A DNA stretch of 51,861 nt from a virus (IMGVR_UViG_3300030329_004367:1-51861), one strand, 5' to 3'. Positions 1 to 10,463 are shown, counted from the first letter of the stretch. Made by a program: numbers and translations. The notes: generated by a model from the letters alone, not told the origin.

Positions 1-2127
1 ATTTTGAGGCTGTCTAATTGCATCACTAACAGATCGTTCAGCCCATGATTTTAATTGTTCAGGATATCTAGCTTTATCTAATAACTGACCATCAAATTTA
101 ATACTGCTTAACTTTGTCACTAAATCATAAGCCGTATTAGGAGATACATTAAGTATATTAAGTTTATTAGGAGCATTGTTATTATAAGTTTCAATAATCT
201 TTTCAGCTATTAATAAGTTATCATATAATGGGGCAGTTTCTTCTGGTGTTAAAGCGCCACTCTTAATAAGCTCTTGGATTTTTTTAGCAAATGCTATTTT
301 AAAGTCAGCACCACCTTCTTCAGCTTTTCCTTCAAGAGGGGAGAGTATTTGCTTTACTTCATTTAATTCAGGAGATTTATCAATAGCTCTTCTAATAGCA
401 TTCTCCCCAGCTTCTTGCTGATAATCTGTTAAAGACCTTTGGTCATATTTACTTACTACTCCCATTAATGCATCTCTATCAACTCCAAAAGTATTTAAGC
501 CTCCAAGCATTTTTCTTAGCTTAGATTGTTTCCCTCCATAATATTCTTGAACCTTTCCTGTTTGAAATACATTATTAAAAGTAGCAGAAGTTGTTTCAGT
601 ATGAAAGCTATGAGGCTTCTTTGTAAAATACATTGCAGTAAATATATTAGCAGCTATTTCTGGCCCACTATTTCCCATAGCATTTTGAAAAGATTCAGTG
701 CTAAAGCCATCTCTGTTAAATGCCATTATCATTTGCGGAGTATGCATAGCAAGAACGCCTGTAGCCATTCTTGGTAATGAATAAAATACATCTTGAGAAA
801 ATTCTTTTGCCCAATAATATGGAGCTTTTGTTAAATATTCTTTTCTTATCTGTCCGAGATATTTCCTCATTAATTTAGTATCTGTATCAGTAGTAGCATC
901 TCTCCACCATTTAACGCCTAATTTTTCAAATTCTTTACCTCTTCCTAAGCTTAAATATCCTCCAGCTATTTCATCCATAGCTGTTAATTGAGCTCTAAGT
1001 TCTTTATTAGTATATTTACTTAAAGGCTTCCAGTAAGATTTAGCAGCTGCATGTAGTCCATTAACAAGTCTTTTTCCATGACCTCCAACAGTACCACCTC
1101 TTACAAACTGAGCAGCACCCATTGGAGCAAACATTGCAGCATCTAAAAGAGCATTATAAGCCCAATTTTTTCCAACACGAGCAAGATCAAAAGAATAAGG
1201 ATCATCAAGCCTTTTCATGTCACCATATTCATCTGGAGCAACATTCCACATTGAACGTTGAAATTCTTGTATTCCTGTACGCATTGTGCCTAATACACCA
1301 CCAATAATAGCATCATAACCCATTGCGCCAGCTAATAAAGTGGCTTTAGGACTATCCTTGAAATAGGGTAGTTTGCTAATACCTGTTGTTATTAATGAGA
1401 ATGCATCATCAGGATTATTTTTAGTTATGATATCAAAGGTAGATTTTGCAACACCTTCTAATAATTCATCATCAGCTATATTTAAAGTCTTTCCAATATT
1501 GCCCTTTAATCCTTCTATCATAGCCTTTTCATACATATCTGAAGCTAATTTTCCTTCTATTCTTCCAATAGCACCTGCTCCTTGAGATAACTTATAAGCA
1601 TCATCTACGATAGAAGTAGCAACATCATCAGTAACGCTTTTAGATAGATTAATAGTTGCTTGTTTTGTTTTCATCTTGCTTGCTTCTTCTACAAGCTCTT
1701 TAGCAGACTTCTTAACAGACGCTTTAATACCCCACCCAGTAGCCTTTCCAACGCCTTTAATCGCACCTTGAGTGAACATCCCTCCTAGCCAAAAGCTTGG
1801 TATTTGACCTAATGCTGCACCTGCTGCATAGCCTCCTTTGCCCCAATCAGAAAGCTCTTCGTAAGAACCAGTTTCAGCGCCAAGACCTCCAGCAATCATT
1901 TCTTCCCATGTATTAGCAGCATCTCCTTTATATGCTTCACTTATAGCATCAGATACACCTAACATTCCAACAAGGCTTTGATCTGTTAATCCCCATACAA
2001 ATTGACCTACAGCATCCCAAGCGCTTCCTTCATAATTAGAAACATTTGGTTGAAGCTTTTCTCTTTCTTCTTTTAAATATTGTAAAAATTCTTCTCTTTC
2101 GTTATCTATAGGCTCTATTCTATTCAT
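1..2127 (-). CDS. Giant virion/ejection protein, N-terminal 709 codons, runs off the left edge; probably the 5' part of the virion RNA polymerase gene
   Basis: Not in the ORF track because it has no stop in the window. ATG at 2127 overlaps the upstream gene's end and reads MNRIEPIDNEREEFLQYLKEEREK..., with Gly/Ala-rich hydrophobic segments. I translated both ends by hand and they share one frame; the middle was not checked codon by codon. Confidence 0.8.
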   Translation of the reverse strand, partial: MNRIEPIDNEREEFLQYLKEEREKLQPNVSNYEGSAWDAVGQFVWGLTDQSLVGMLGVSDAISEAYKGDAANTWEEMIAGGLGAETGSYEELSDWGKGGYAAGAALGQIPSFWLGGMFTQGAIKGVGKATGWGIKASVKKSAKELVEEASKMKTKQATINLSKSVTDDVATSIVDDAYKLSQGAGAIGRIEGKLASDMYEKAMIEGLKGNIGKTLNIADDELLEGVAKSTFDIITKNNPDDAFSLITTGISKLPYFKDSPKATLLAGAMGYDAIIGGVLGTMRTGIQEFQRSMWNVAPDEYGDMKRLDDPYSFDLARVGKNWAYNALLDAAMFAPMGAAQFVRGGTVGGHGKRLVNGLHAAAKSYWKPLSKYTNKELRAQLTAMDEIAGGYLSLGRGKEFEKLGVKWWRDATTDTDTKLMRKYLGQIRKEYLTKAPYYWAKEFSQDVFYSLPRMATGVLAMHTPQMIMAFNRDGFSTESFQNAMGNSGPEIAANIFTAMYFTKKPHSFHTETTSATFNNVFQTGKVQEYYGGKQSKLRKMLGGLNTFGVDRDALMGVVSKYDQRSLTDYQQEAGENAIRRAIDKSPELNEVKQILSPLEGKAEEGGADFKIAFAKKIQELIKSGALTPEETAPLYDNLLIAEKIIETYNNNAPNKLNILNVSPNTAYDLVTKLSSIKFDGQLLDKARYPEQLKSWAERSVSDAIRQPQN

Positions 2128-3151
2128 TTAATAATCCCTTTAGGGTTTCTATGTCTGTATAATTTAAAGCTTCATCTATAGCTGTTTTTTGAAGCTTTGT
2201 TTCTCTTTCTATAGCTGTATCTAATGATTCTTTTAATTCATCATATTTAGTATCATAGCCTGCCCATTTATCTTTTAAATCCTCTTCATCTCTATAAACA
2301 GCTTTTAATTTTGACTGTTCCCTTCCTATCTCAGGCCCGGGGCCAAATCTTTTATTCTCTGTATCATAAGTTAACAATCTATTTTCAACTTTTTCTAATC
2401 CTTCATCTTGACCTATATCTGCCCAACCTCCCATTAATTGCATTATAGCTTTACTTGCCGTATTAAGTCCCGGAATTATCATAGGGAACCCTTTATTTTC
2501 AATTAAATTGCTAGGACTTAAAGCGCTTAAATGACCAACTCTATCATCAAATTCTTGTCGTAATGTTCTTATATTATCTGTATATGACTTCTTTTGGCTT
2601 TCAATAGGCTTAAATTCAGAATGCTTTAAATCCCCTAATGCTCTAAATGCAGCAGTTCCTTTTACTGTATAGCCTTCAGCTTTACGCCTGTACATATGCC
2701 TTTTACTAGGAGGTATATCTTCCATCCAAGCATTATTATCTTCCATAAAATCAGAATATTTATAAGTGACTGGATTATTTTTATCTGAAGAATCTATAAA
2801 TTCTAAGCCTTTAATTTGTTCTCCAAGCTCAGGAGATATTTGAAAAGAGAAGTTTTCAATATATTCCTTATTTGCATCTTGCAAAGTAATATTTCTTAAT
2901 ATTTCAGAATTAGACATATCTTTAGAAAAGTTAAATTGATTACTTAATGTGTCTCCATGTTCAGACATTATATTAGTAATCATAAAGGCATCTACCTTTG
3001 TTTTCAAATCAGGAGAAAGTTCAAATATCCTATCTTTATATGGATGAGCTTGAATGTAATCATGCTTATCTTCAAATGTTTCATATTGATTAAGTTCTGA
3101 AAAAAACTTCTCTTCTATTTTCTTTAACTTATCCGTCATCATCATCTCCAT
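2120..3151 (-). CDS. Putative internal virion (ejection/cargo) protein
   Basis: 343-aa charged, helical-looking ORF between the nozzle and the giant gene; assigned by position only. Confidence 0.45.
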   Translation of the reverse strand: MEMMMTDKLKKIEEKFFSELNQYETFEDKHDYIQAHPYKDRIFELSPDLKTKVDAFMITNIMSEHGDTLSNQFNFSKDMSNSEILRNITLQDANKEYIENFSFQISPELGEQIKGLEFIDSSDKNNPVTYKYSDFMEDNNAWMEDIPPSKRHMYRRKAEGYTVKGTAAFRALGDLKHSEFKPIESQKKSYTDNIRTLRQEFDDRVGHLSALSPSNLIENKGFPMIIPGLNTASKAIMQLMGGWADIGQDEGLEKVENRLLTYDTENKRFGPGPEIGREQSKLKAVYRDEEDLKDKWAGYDTKYDELKESLDTAIERETKLQKTAIDEALNYTDIETLKGLLNE

Positions 3152-4433
3152 CTAACAAGCTTTCCCAACTATTTGCATCAGTGAAAGTAGAGGATTGCTT
3201 TTGCTCTTCATTTTCATCGTTAATCAAGTTATGGCTAGAATCGTTCTTAGAATTAAATGCTCCCATGATTGTTTTAGAATAGTGATCATTCATATCTTTA
3301 GCAAAACTATTAAGCTGCACACCTTGAGGCATACCAAGGTATTTCATAGCAAGCTTATTTAACTCTCTTGCTTTATCATTATCGCCACTTGATATAGCTG
3401 CTTGATAGTTTTTAGCTGCCTCTTGAATATAATTATTATATAGACTAAATTCACCACTTAGAGTTTTTGTTCTTACTGCTGTTGTAGGAGCTCCTACATC
3501 ATGCATCTCCATATAAGCCATAGATAAGTCAAACACATTTGTATCATTAAGAGGTCTTCCTAAAAGCGTTGCAAATTCCGCACCTATTGTTGCTTTAATC
3601 TTATTTCTTTCTTGCTTATATTCAGCTATCTGCACTTCATTCTCTTCAATATTTTCTAAGTTAGATTGTAAAGCTCCGTAAGCTTTATAGACAGCATAAT
3701 CACTTTGCTTTTCAGCGGAGCTTAAAGCCATTCCAAATACCATATTTGCTTCTTCTCTTGCTTTTTGTGTTCTCCTCTCTTCATTTAAGCCTTTATGATA
3801 TTTAATTTTTTGCCCTGTACTTTCTAAAGCTTTTTCTGTTTTTTGCAAGTTCGCTAATTCTTTCACCATAACACCGGGATTATTTGCAAACATAGCTTCT
3901 ACAGTAGGACTAGCTGTTCCATACATAGCTTCATATGAAACAATCCCTAGATCTCCCAAATCCCAAGCTTCAGTATCTCCTCCACCTTTATGGCCGAATC
4001 CACCTGCCATGATATTTTTAGATCTTTTAATGTCTCCATAGACTAAATCTTCAAGCACGGATATTTTATTTTTTATAGCTTGTGTATTGTCAAGATACAT
4101 ATCCGCCCTAGCTTGATAATTAGTTGCATCTCCTTGATATATTTGTTGTGCAACCTCTAATCCACTTTTTTTATAGCTTTCATCTAAAAGGTCTAATGAC
4201 CCCACAGCTTCTTGATATTTAGTTTCTAATTTAGTTAAATCGGCTTGAGCCTGTTTATGAGCCATAACATTTTCATTATATAAAGATTTAGATGCCTCAA
4301 GTTCAATGCTTTTATTTTTCCAATCTTGTTGCATTTCAAGCTGCAATAATCTAAAAGCCATCTCTTCATCATATCTTCTTTTTGATTCTTTTTCCCGCCT
4401 ATTGCTTGCTAATATCTCTGTTAGTGTCGACAT
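3129..4433 (-). CDS. Putative internal virion (ejection/cargo) protein, coiled-coil rich
   Basis: 434 aa, Q/E/K/A-rich; lies in the ejection-protein block. Confidence 0.5.
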   Translation of the reverse strand: MSTLTEILASNRREKESKRRYDEEMAFRLLQLEMQQDWKNKSIELEASKSLYNENVMAHKQAQADLTKLETKYQEAVGSLDLLDESYKKSGLEVAQQIYQGDATNYQARADMYLDNTQAIKNKISVLEDLVYGDIKRSKNIMAGGFGHKGGGDTEAWDLGDLGIVSYEAMYGTASPTVEAMFANNPGVMVKELANLQKTEKALESTGQKIKYHKGLNEERRTQKAREEANMVFGMALSSAEKQSDYAVYKAYGALQSNLENIEENEVQIAEYKQERNKIKATIGAEFATLLGRPLNDTNVFDLSMAYMEMHDVGAPTTAVRTKTLSGEFSLYNNYIQEAAKNYQAAISSGDNDKARELNKLAMKYLGMPQGVQLNSFAKDMNDHYSKTIMGAFNSKNDSSHNLINDENEEQKQSSTFTDANSWESLLDGDDDDG

Positions 4434-4434
4434 A

Positions 4435-5394
4435 CTATACCCCTACTTTCTCAAAATCTACATCTATCTTTTCATAATTTACCATATCATATTTACCAGC
4501 CTTGAATCTAGCATCATCAGGTACTTCGTCTGACATAGTCCCTTTAAACAAACCATATCCATATTTTTCTGGGTCTTTATATCTAAATGTGTATTTAGTT
4601 ATACCAGATGGAGATTTACCTACCTTTTTAATATCTTTCTTAAGATCTCTATCACTGGCTCCGGGGGGAGCACCAGATACTACTGAAGCTCCAAACTTAA
4701 GACCTTCTACCCCACCTCCTACAATACCACCAGCATAATCCATAAAGCCCATATCAGGATTAGCCGCTATAGTAGATTGATATTCTTTTTCAATTTCACC
4801 TTCTCTTACTTCCCGATTAATTCCAGCTGACTCTAAATTAAGATCTGCTGATCTAGTAGCAAAAGCTCTTGTATCTGTCAGTTTTTGCATATTACTTTTG
4901 TTTTTTGCTAAAACATCTCCCATCATCTGATCTGCAGCATATTGAGCTCCAGCAGATCCTGCAAATCCAGACTTTGCAGCAGATGCACTTTTTCCTGCCA
5001 TTAAATTTTTAACAGCTCTAGTATTTGCCATCCCTCCAACTATAGAGCCTTGAGTGAATGCTACATTTGCTTGATCTGTTGCAATATCATGCTTCTCTTC
5101 ATCTACTGCATATTTTTGATCAGATATAGCTAATTGCTCTCCTTTTAAGGTTGCAGCAGCTCCACGAACCTTCTCATTTTGTTTATCAGCTGAATATGTT
5201 TTGGCAGCGCCTACAACAGCACCTACTCCTGCCGTTATAGCTAAAGCCGTACCAACAGAAACTCCTATGAATGTTCCACCTACTAAAGGCATTAAGTTTA
5301 ATATTTCCTCTATCTCAAGCACATACTGAGATATAGATTCTTGTGCAGTTATATTCCAAAATGAATTTATAACTATATCTTTTAAGTTTATCAT
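4435..5394 (-). CDS. Putative ejection/pilot protein with a C-terminal peptidase S74 (intramolecular chaperone)-like domain
   Basis: Hydrophobic Gly/Ala segments at both ends of a helical core, then SDRDLKKDIKKVG...YTFRY...GTMSDEVP...MVNYEKIDV. Confidence 0.65.
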   Translation of the reverse strand: MINLKDIVINSFWNITAQESISQYVLEIEEILNLMPLVGGTFIGVSVGTALAITAGVGAVVGAAKTYSADKQNEKVRGAAATLKGEQLAISDQKYAVDEEKHDIATDQANVAFTQGSIVGGMANTRAVKNLMAGKSASAAKSGFAGSAGAQYAADQMMGDVLAKNKSNMQKLTDTRAFATRSADLNLESAGINREVREGEIEKEYQSTIAANPDMGFMDYAGGIVGGGVEGLKFGASVVSGAPPGASDRDLKKDIKKVGKSPSGITKYTFRYKDPEKYGYGLFKGTMSDEVPDDARFKAGKYDMVNYEKIDVDFEKVGV

Positions 5395-5999
5395 AATGAC
5401 TCCTCTACTTCTTTTTTAAACGCCTCTATCTCGCTTGAATCAAAGGCTTCAAAGTCTTTAGCTATTACTTGCTCTTCAATTTTATTAATATCAGTTTCTT
5501 CTGTTGCATGTACTGTAATAAATACACAATCTTCGTGGCAGTAAATAATTCTTTTAGTACCTGCTGGGGTTATTCCTTGATGAGGGGCTTTAAATCTTTT
5601 AATACCATCTTCAGTTAATACACTCATCTCTCCTTTCATCAAAAAGAAAGGATGCTTTACTTTATGTATTTTAGTGACAAGTAGTTCCCCTTTTGGATTA
5701 AATACTTCTCTAATATAGCATCCATCTGCAAAACTATGTTTTAGTGGATTCCTTTTCTCAGTTTCCTTGCCTATTAAAGCATCAGGTCTCTTTTCCATAT
5801 TTTCTTGGACTTTCATTATAGAGCTTCTAAACTCTTCTTTAGATTGAGTTAACTGCATTTTTTCTTTTCTTTTCTCTAAAGCTATTTCATATATTTCTTC
5901 AAATGCGAATGTATGCTCCAATCCTAATGTATAAGTCCAAAATTCAAATTGAAATTTAGCATAGGATTTCCAATCTTTATCTGGTATTCCATTTATCAT
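5391..5999 (-). CDS. Cupin-fold protein
   Basis: KHSFADGCYIRE...KIHKVKHPFFLMKG...ITPAGTKRIIYCHEDCVFITVH matches the two-motif cupin barrel seen in phage virion modules. Confidence 0.7.
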   Translation of the reverse strand: MINGIPDKDWKSYAKFQFEFWTYTLGLEHTFAFEEIYEIALEKRKEKMQLTQSKEEFRSSIMKVQENMEKRPDALIGKETEKRNPLKHSFADGCYIREVFNPKGELLVTKIHKVKHPFFLMKGEMSVLTEDGIKRFKAPHQGITPAGTKRIIYCHEDCVFITVHATEETDINKIEEQVIAKDFEAFDSSEIEAFKKEVEESL

Positions 6000-6994
6000 T
6001 AACCTATATCCTCTAAATCACCTTCATTGAAATCCATCATAGGAAATGTTTCAGGTGTATCAAATTTAAAGCCATAATTTTTTAAGCCCTTGTCAAACTG
6101 CTTGTTCTTCATAATTTCGGTTCTTTGCCTATTAAATTCTAACATTTGCATTATATTCGGTTTAGGTAATTTATTCTTTAAATCATATTCTTTACCATTA
6201 TATTTTGATACATTATTGTTTTGCTCTAATTGCTTTTTATGTTGTTGCAATTCAAGATCTGCTTCATGAGCCTGAAGAGCACTTAGTTTTTTCTGAAATG
6301 GATCTGAAACATTAGCTATCCTATTTTTTGTATTTGCATCAAGATTCTTATCTACTGCGTTAGGCCTGCTTATGAAAGTACTTACTGCATCTTCGGTTGG
6401 CGACCATCCTTCAGAAAGTATTTTATCATATTCACTTTGATTTCCTCCTTTGAACATAGTAGCATCTCCTCCCTTAAAAACCATTCCTTCATTGCTTCTT
6501 CCAAATGATATACTCTTGCTATCCATAGTATTTAAAGGAGAAGTAAGATCCTCTGCACTCCATTTAAAATCAATGCCGCTTTTTTGCTTTTCTAACATTT
6601 TCTCTCCATAAGTGCTTTTACCATCAGGAGTAGGCATGCTATATATACCAGTAGTATCTTCACTAATAGTCCTTTTTAAATCACCATATTTCGATATATC
6701 TTCAGCTTGATATAATTTATCTCCAATACGAACCTCTCCTGTAGGAGCTCCTTTTAAATCTTTAAATAAACCTCTTTCCCTAGTTTCTGGATTGTAAGTT
6801 TCACCGGTTACATCTTCATACCCTTGCTCATAAGAATCCCATTCAGCATCTGCAGAAGCTTTTGCACCAGCATAAGCTCCAGCTAAATCTTGAGCATTAT
6901 CCCATAAAGATCCAGCAATCTCCCAATTCTTTTCTACTCTTGCTTTTTTTTGTTTTGCTTGGCCTAAACCCTTATATGCACTTGCTAAACTCAT
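5999..6994 (-). CDS. Putative internal virion protein
   Basis: 331 aa with an AGGAG SD; position after the tail genes; no motif recognised. Confidence 0.4.
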   Translation of the reverse strand: MSLASAYKGLGQAKQKKARVEKNWEIAGSLWDNAQDLAGAYAGAKASADAEWDSYEQGYEDVTGETYNPETRERGLFKDLKGAPTGEVRIGDKLYQAEDISKYGDLKRTISEDTTGIYSMPTPDGKSTYGEKMLEKQKSGIDFKWSAEDLTSPLNTMDSKSISFGRSNEGMVFKGGDATMFKGGNQSEYDKILSEGWSPTEDAVSTFISRPNAVDKNLDANTKNRIANVSDPFQKKLSALQAHEADLELQQHKKQLEQNNNVSKYNGKEYDLKNKLPKPNIMQMLEFNRQRTEIMKNKQFDKGLKNYGFKFDTPETFPMMDFNEGDLEDIG

Positions 6995-7003
6995 ATTATC
7001 TCC

Positions 7004-7519
7004 TTAATTTCCTATTGCTATATAAACAAACTTACCAGCTTGCGTTACGGTAGCCCATTCATCAAATCTAAATGTACAGCCAGTTTTACTTTTTGCAGAG
7101 ATTCCCACCGCACCATCAATATTGGTTGTAGTCTCAAAGCCGGCCAAAACTTTAAAACATTCATTTGGGAACTTTTTTGGAAAAGTTACAGTATGCTCTG
7201 AATCATTAGCCCAATCAGCATCACTTGAACTTTGCTCTCCCCATTGTATAATAATTCCATCATCAAATGCTTTATAGCCATTAGAAGCCTGCCCTCCTTT
7301 AGATGTGGCAGCCTTTTTATCATTTGCTGGCTCTCCAGTAAATACTATCCACTTGTCATCATCTTTAACATAAAACTTTTCTTTACATAAAATCATATCG
7401 CCTAATGTACCTTCCCAATCTTTAGGGATATTATCTTGCTTCTTAATCCTAGCCTGTTTAGCATGACCTAAATTCCTAGCATGTCTGCTCATTGCTGCAG
7501 CTGCACCTATACCCGGCAT
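7004..7519 (-). CDS. Small tail-fibre protein with a gp53-like C-terminal domain
   Basis: NGYKAFDDGIIIQWG...TVTFPKKFPNECF...YIAIGN signature. Confidence 0.7.
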   Translation of the reverse strand: MPGIGAAAAMSRHARNLGHAKQARIKKQDNIPKDWEGTLGDMILCKEKFYVKDDDKWIVFTGEPANDKKAATSKGGQASNGYKAFDDGIIIQWGEQSSSDADWANDSEHTVTFPKKFPNECFKVLAGFETTTNIDGAVGISAKSKTGCTFRFDEWATVTQAGKFVYIAIGN

Positions 7520-10347
7520 TATCTAACTCCTTTCACTCTAAAAATAATAGTAATATCATTTAATTCAAAAGTAGCTCCTGCAGCTCCTTCAAAATGCATT
7601 TGAAAGCTATAACAATTTGAAATTGAAGCAGTTGGCTTTAATTCTGCATGATGCCATTTTGCTGTTGATACATCTGCTAATGGTTTATCAGTATCATTGA
7701 AGGTCGCTAAAGTGCCACTACCATCTAAAGAATACTTTACATCTATTTGATCAGCATCTCCCTTATAAGATAGCCTAATTTTATGAATCTTTTTTCTTAC
7801 AGCAGGCTCCCCCATATCGTAATCTTTAGTTACTATTTTAATAGTACTAGCTACTGAAGTGTCTGTCCATTTTAAAATTTTAGCTTCACTATCTTCATTT
7901 ACAATTAGCAGATCTCCATTTGCAGGGTCATTAATAAAGGGAGTAGATGTATCTGTGTCATTAACAAGATTTGAAATCTTTGTCCACCCTTGAGTAGTCA
8001 TGTCATATACATATCCAGCTACAGCATCTCCTTTTATTATAATCTGTCTTTTAAAAGGATTAAATCCTACCCTCTCCCTACTATTCGTACCTATAAAGCT
8101 AGACCATGTATCAGATTTTATTTTACGTTTTGTTCCTGATTCTAATATATTATGAACCTTTCCACCATCATAAATATAAGCACCCTTAGTATTTGCCCAT
8201 GCAAGACCATAATCAGTCCTGCAACAAGCTCCGGGATTACTTACCCCTTTATGTCTATGTTCAGATTCTAAATATTCAGAAGCTCCAGCTACATTAATAA
8301 TATATAAGCAATTCTTTTTAAATTGCAAAATTCTATCTGCATATTCCATTAAAGCTATAATTTCATCTCCATCATTTATAGCTACATCAATTGTATTAAC
8401 AGTAGGGAATTTATCAAATTGATTTACTTGTGACTTTATCATCCTATCAGGATAGACTGTTGCTGTGTCATCATTATATGATTTCTTTTGGCTAATATTT
8501 CCTAAATAAATTCTTCTATTTGCGAATACTGCACATTTTGCAGATTCTACAGTTATAACGTCATTAGCTGGATGTCCATTTAAAGATTCATATGTTGCAA
8601 CTCTTGGAGGATTTTCATAATATATACCATTAGTACCAGCATGAAAGCCGCTACCCCCAGTTCTAGAATGAGTATGATGATACCAATAGTGTAGCCCATC
8701 TATTCCGGGAGGATTAGTATAATCCTGAAGAGCATATCCTGATCCTTCATCTGTACCATAAGACTTTATACCTTCATCAAACTTCCATTCCATCATGATC
8801 CATTTTTGGTCATAACCATCTTCACTACTTGACCAATAAACTCTAAGTCCAGTTATTCTAGGATTTCCTCCACTTGTCTTTGCAAGTGATGTTGCTGTGT
8901 TGGTATCTAATGCACCAAAATTATAATTCACTGTATCTATATCATCTGTATGTGTAATTGTAGCACCATTCCATTTTATATTTGGAAAAATATTTAAACC
9001 AACCATTTCCCCAGTAGTATTTCCATCAGAATCTGTTGAAGGATTTCCATTTGCAAACTTTATTGAAGCTCTAGCTGCTCCACCATATCTATAGTTTCCA
9101 CCAACCCTATAATCTGTTTGTGTTGTAGTATTTGGAAGAGTATGTACAGCTCCATCTCTATGAACTATAATGTAGTCTGCATCACCAACAGTGTCAATTG
9201 CTCCAATATAACATCCTGAGACTATATCGGTTCCTGTTATTTCTCTACCAACAACTGCATAATATTGAGGAGTCCCTGCTGTTGCGGGAGCAGCAAATGT
9301 TATCTTACCTTGATTACCTCCACTACTATCAGCGCTAGGAGTTCCTGTCCATGCTCCATATCTATAAGTTTCCATGCTTCTATACATTTGAAACAATTGA
9401 GGATTACTTTCTTGGTTATCATCATATATTGTACTACAAAAAAATTGATATGAAACATCTGTTGTAGGCATCCACCCACCTGTATTGCTTTTATTCTCTT
9501 CAAATCCTAAAGCAAATCCCCAATAAATGCCAGATGCAGCAGGTTGTGAAGCTCCAACTTTATCAGCTGGAGATGAAGTAGTAGTAAGATCCAATAAATT
9601 TCTCTCATTAGCAAAAGCCCAAGATGCAGAAGTATTATCATGAGGAAGTCCAACTTCAGCATTCTTGCTACAACATATTAAATTAGCTCCTACCATATCT
9701 TCTATTTTTTCAATTTCATCTGTTAAACTAACTAATGGAAAAGCTCCAGTTCCATGCCATGAAGTAGGTTGTGGTAATGCAGTTGCAAGAGCCCACTGAT
9801 TACTTTTAGATCCTCCACTATTATATATATGTCCTTTTCTAGAAGGATGACTGCCTCCAGCAGTTGAATCAGTTCCATAAAGCTTTCCTAATATATGCCC
9901 TCTCCATTTAGGAGTTCCTTTTGTACCTGTATGAACAGCGTCCCATATTCGTAATACTCCATCAGTATAAACCATAGTAACTTCATCCATATCAGCTATA
10001 GCAAGATCTCCTGTTTCACCATCCTCACCTTTACCTGAAATAGTAGCCCCATCCTGTATAAGATAATATATTTGTCCGGGTGAGGCAGAAGCTCCATCAA
10101 GGAGTCCATCAAAATCTGAAGCTACGGCTATAAAGCCTCTACCGTTACCACCTACAGTAGCAGCTGCTGAAGATCCTAATAAGTCATTTGTATGAGCTGT
10201 TTGTGCATTACCAAGCAAAACAACCTTACCTCGATCTACTGAAATATTTTCTAAAACGTTACATTGATTGTCGCCAATATCTCTAGGGTCACTATTATTA
10301 TTAATACCGCCACTAAAGTCTTTTAATTTATATGTTGTTTTAGGCAT
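7519..10347 (-). CDS. Tail nozzle/stabilisation protein (beta-propeller; P22 gp10- or crAss muzzle-like)
   Basis: 942 aa; N-terminal DFSGGIN...PRDI...LENI; C-terminal TKDYDMGEPAVRKKIHKI. Confidence 0.7.
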   Translation of the reverse strand: MPKTTYKLKDFSGGINNNSDPRDIGDNQCNVLENISVDRGKVVLLGNAQTAHTNDLLGSSAAATVGGNGRGFIAVASDFDGLLDGASASPGQIYYLIQDGATISGKGEDGETGDLAIADMDEVTMVYTDGVLRIWDAVHTGTKGTPKWRGHILGKLYGTDSTAGGSHPSRKGHIYNSGGSKSNQWALATALPQPTSWHGTGAFPLVSLTDEIEKIEDMVGANLICCSKNAEVGLPHDNTSASWAFANERNLLDLTTTSSPADKVGASQPAASGIYWGFALGFEENKSNTGGWMPTTDVSYQFFCSTIYDDNQESNPQLFQMYRSMETYRYGAWTGTPSADSSGGNQGKITFAAPATAGTPQYYAVVGREITGTDIVSGCYIGAIDTVGDADYIIVHRDGAVHTLPNTTTQTDYRVGGNYRYGGAARASIKFANGNPSTDSDGNTTGEMVGLNIFPNIKWNGATITHTDDIDTVNYNFGALDTNTATSLAKTSGGNPRITGLRVYWSSSEDGYDQKWIMMEWKFDEGIKSYGTDEGSGYALQDYTNPPGIDGLHYWYHHTHSRTGGSGFHAGTNGIYYENPPRVATYESLNGHPANDVITVESAKCAVFANRRIYLGNISQKKSYNDDTATVYPDRMIKSQVNQFDKFPTVNTIDVAINDGDEIIALMEYADRILQFKKNCLYIINVAGASEYLESEHRHKGVSNPGACCRTDYGLAWANTKGAYIYDGGKVHNILESGTKRKIKSDTWSSFIGTNSRERVGFNPFKRQIIIKGDAVAGYVYDMTTQGWTKISNLVNDTDTSTPFINDPANGDLLIVNEDSEAKILKWTDTSVASTIKIVTKDYDMGEPAVRKKIHKIRLSYKGDADQIDVKYSLDGSGTLATFNDTDKPLADVSTAKWHHAELKPTASISNCYSFQMHFEGAAGATFELNDITIIFRVKGVR

Positions 10348-10363
10348 TCTTTTCCTTCAATTT

Positions 10364-10452
10364 ATTGGGAGAGGTGTACACTACAGTAAGCGAACCGCAA
10401 GAACATACGAGCCGAGAGAACCAAGGAGGAGCTGTGCACGTCCTCTCCCAAT
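10364..10452 (-). other. Intergenic long-range stem-loop
   Basis: ATTGGGAGAGG (10364-74) and CCTCTCCCAAT (10442-52) form a perfect 11-bp inverted repeat, with an inner 6-bp stem. Confidence 0.75.
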
Positions 10453-10463
10453 TATAATTTAAC

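Noticed and set aside
526-1585. Short plus-strand ORFs in the track at the left end, and similar antisense ORFs across the late arm
   Set aside because: They are shadows of long minus-strand genes and have no recognisable motifs
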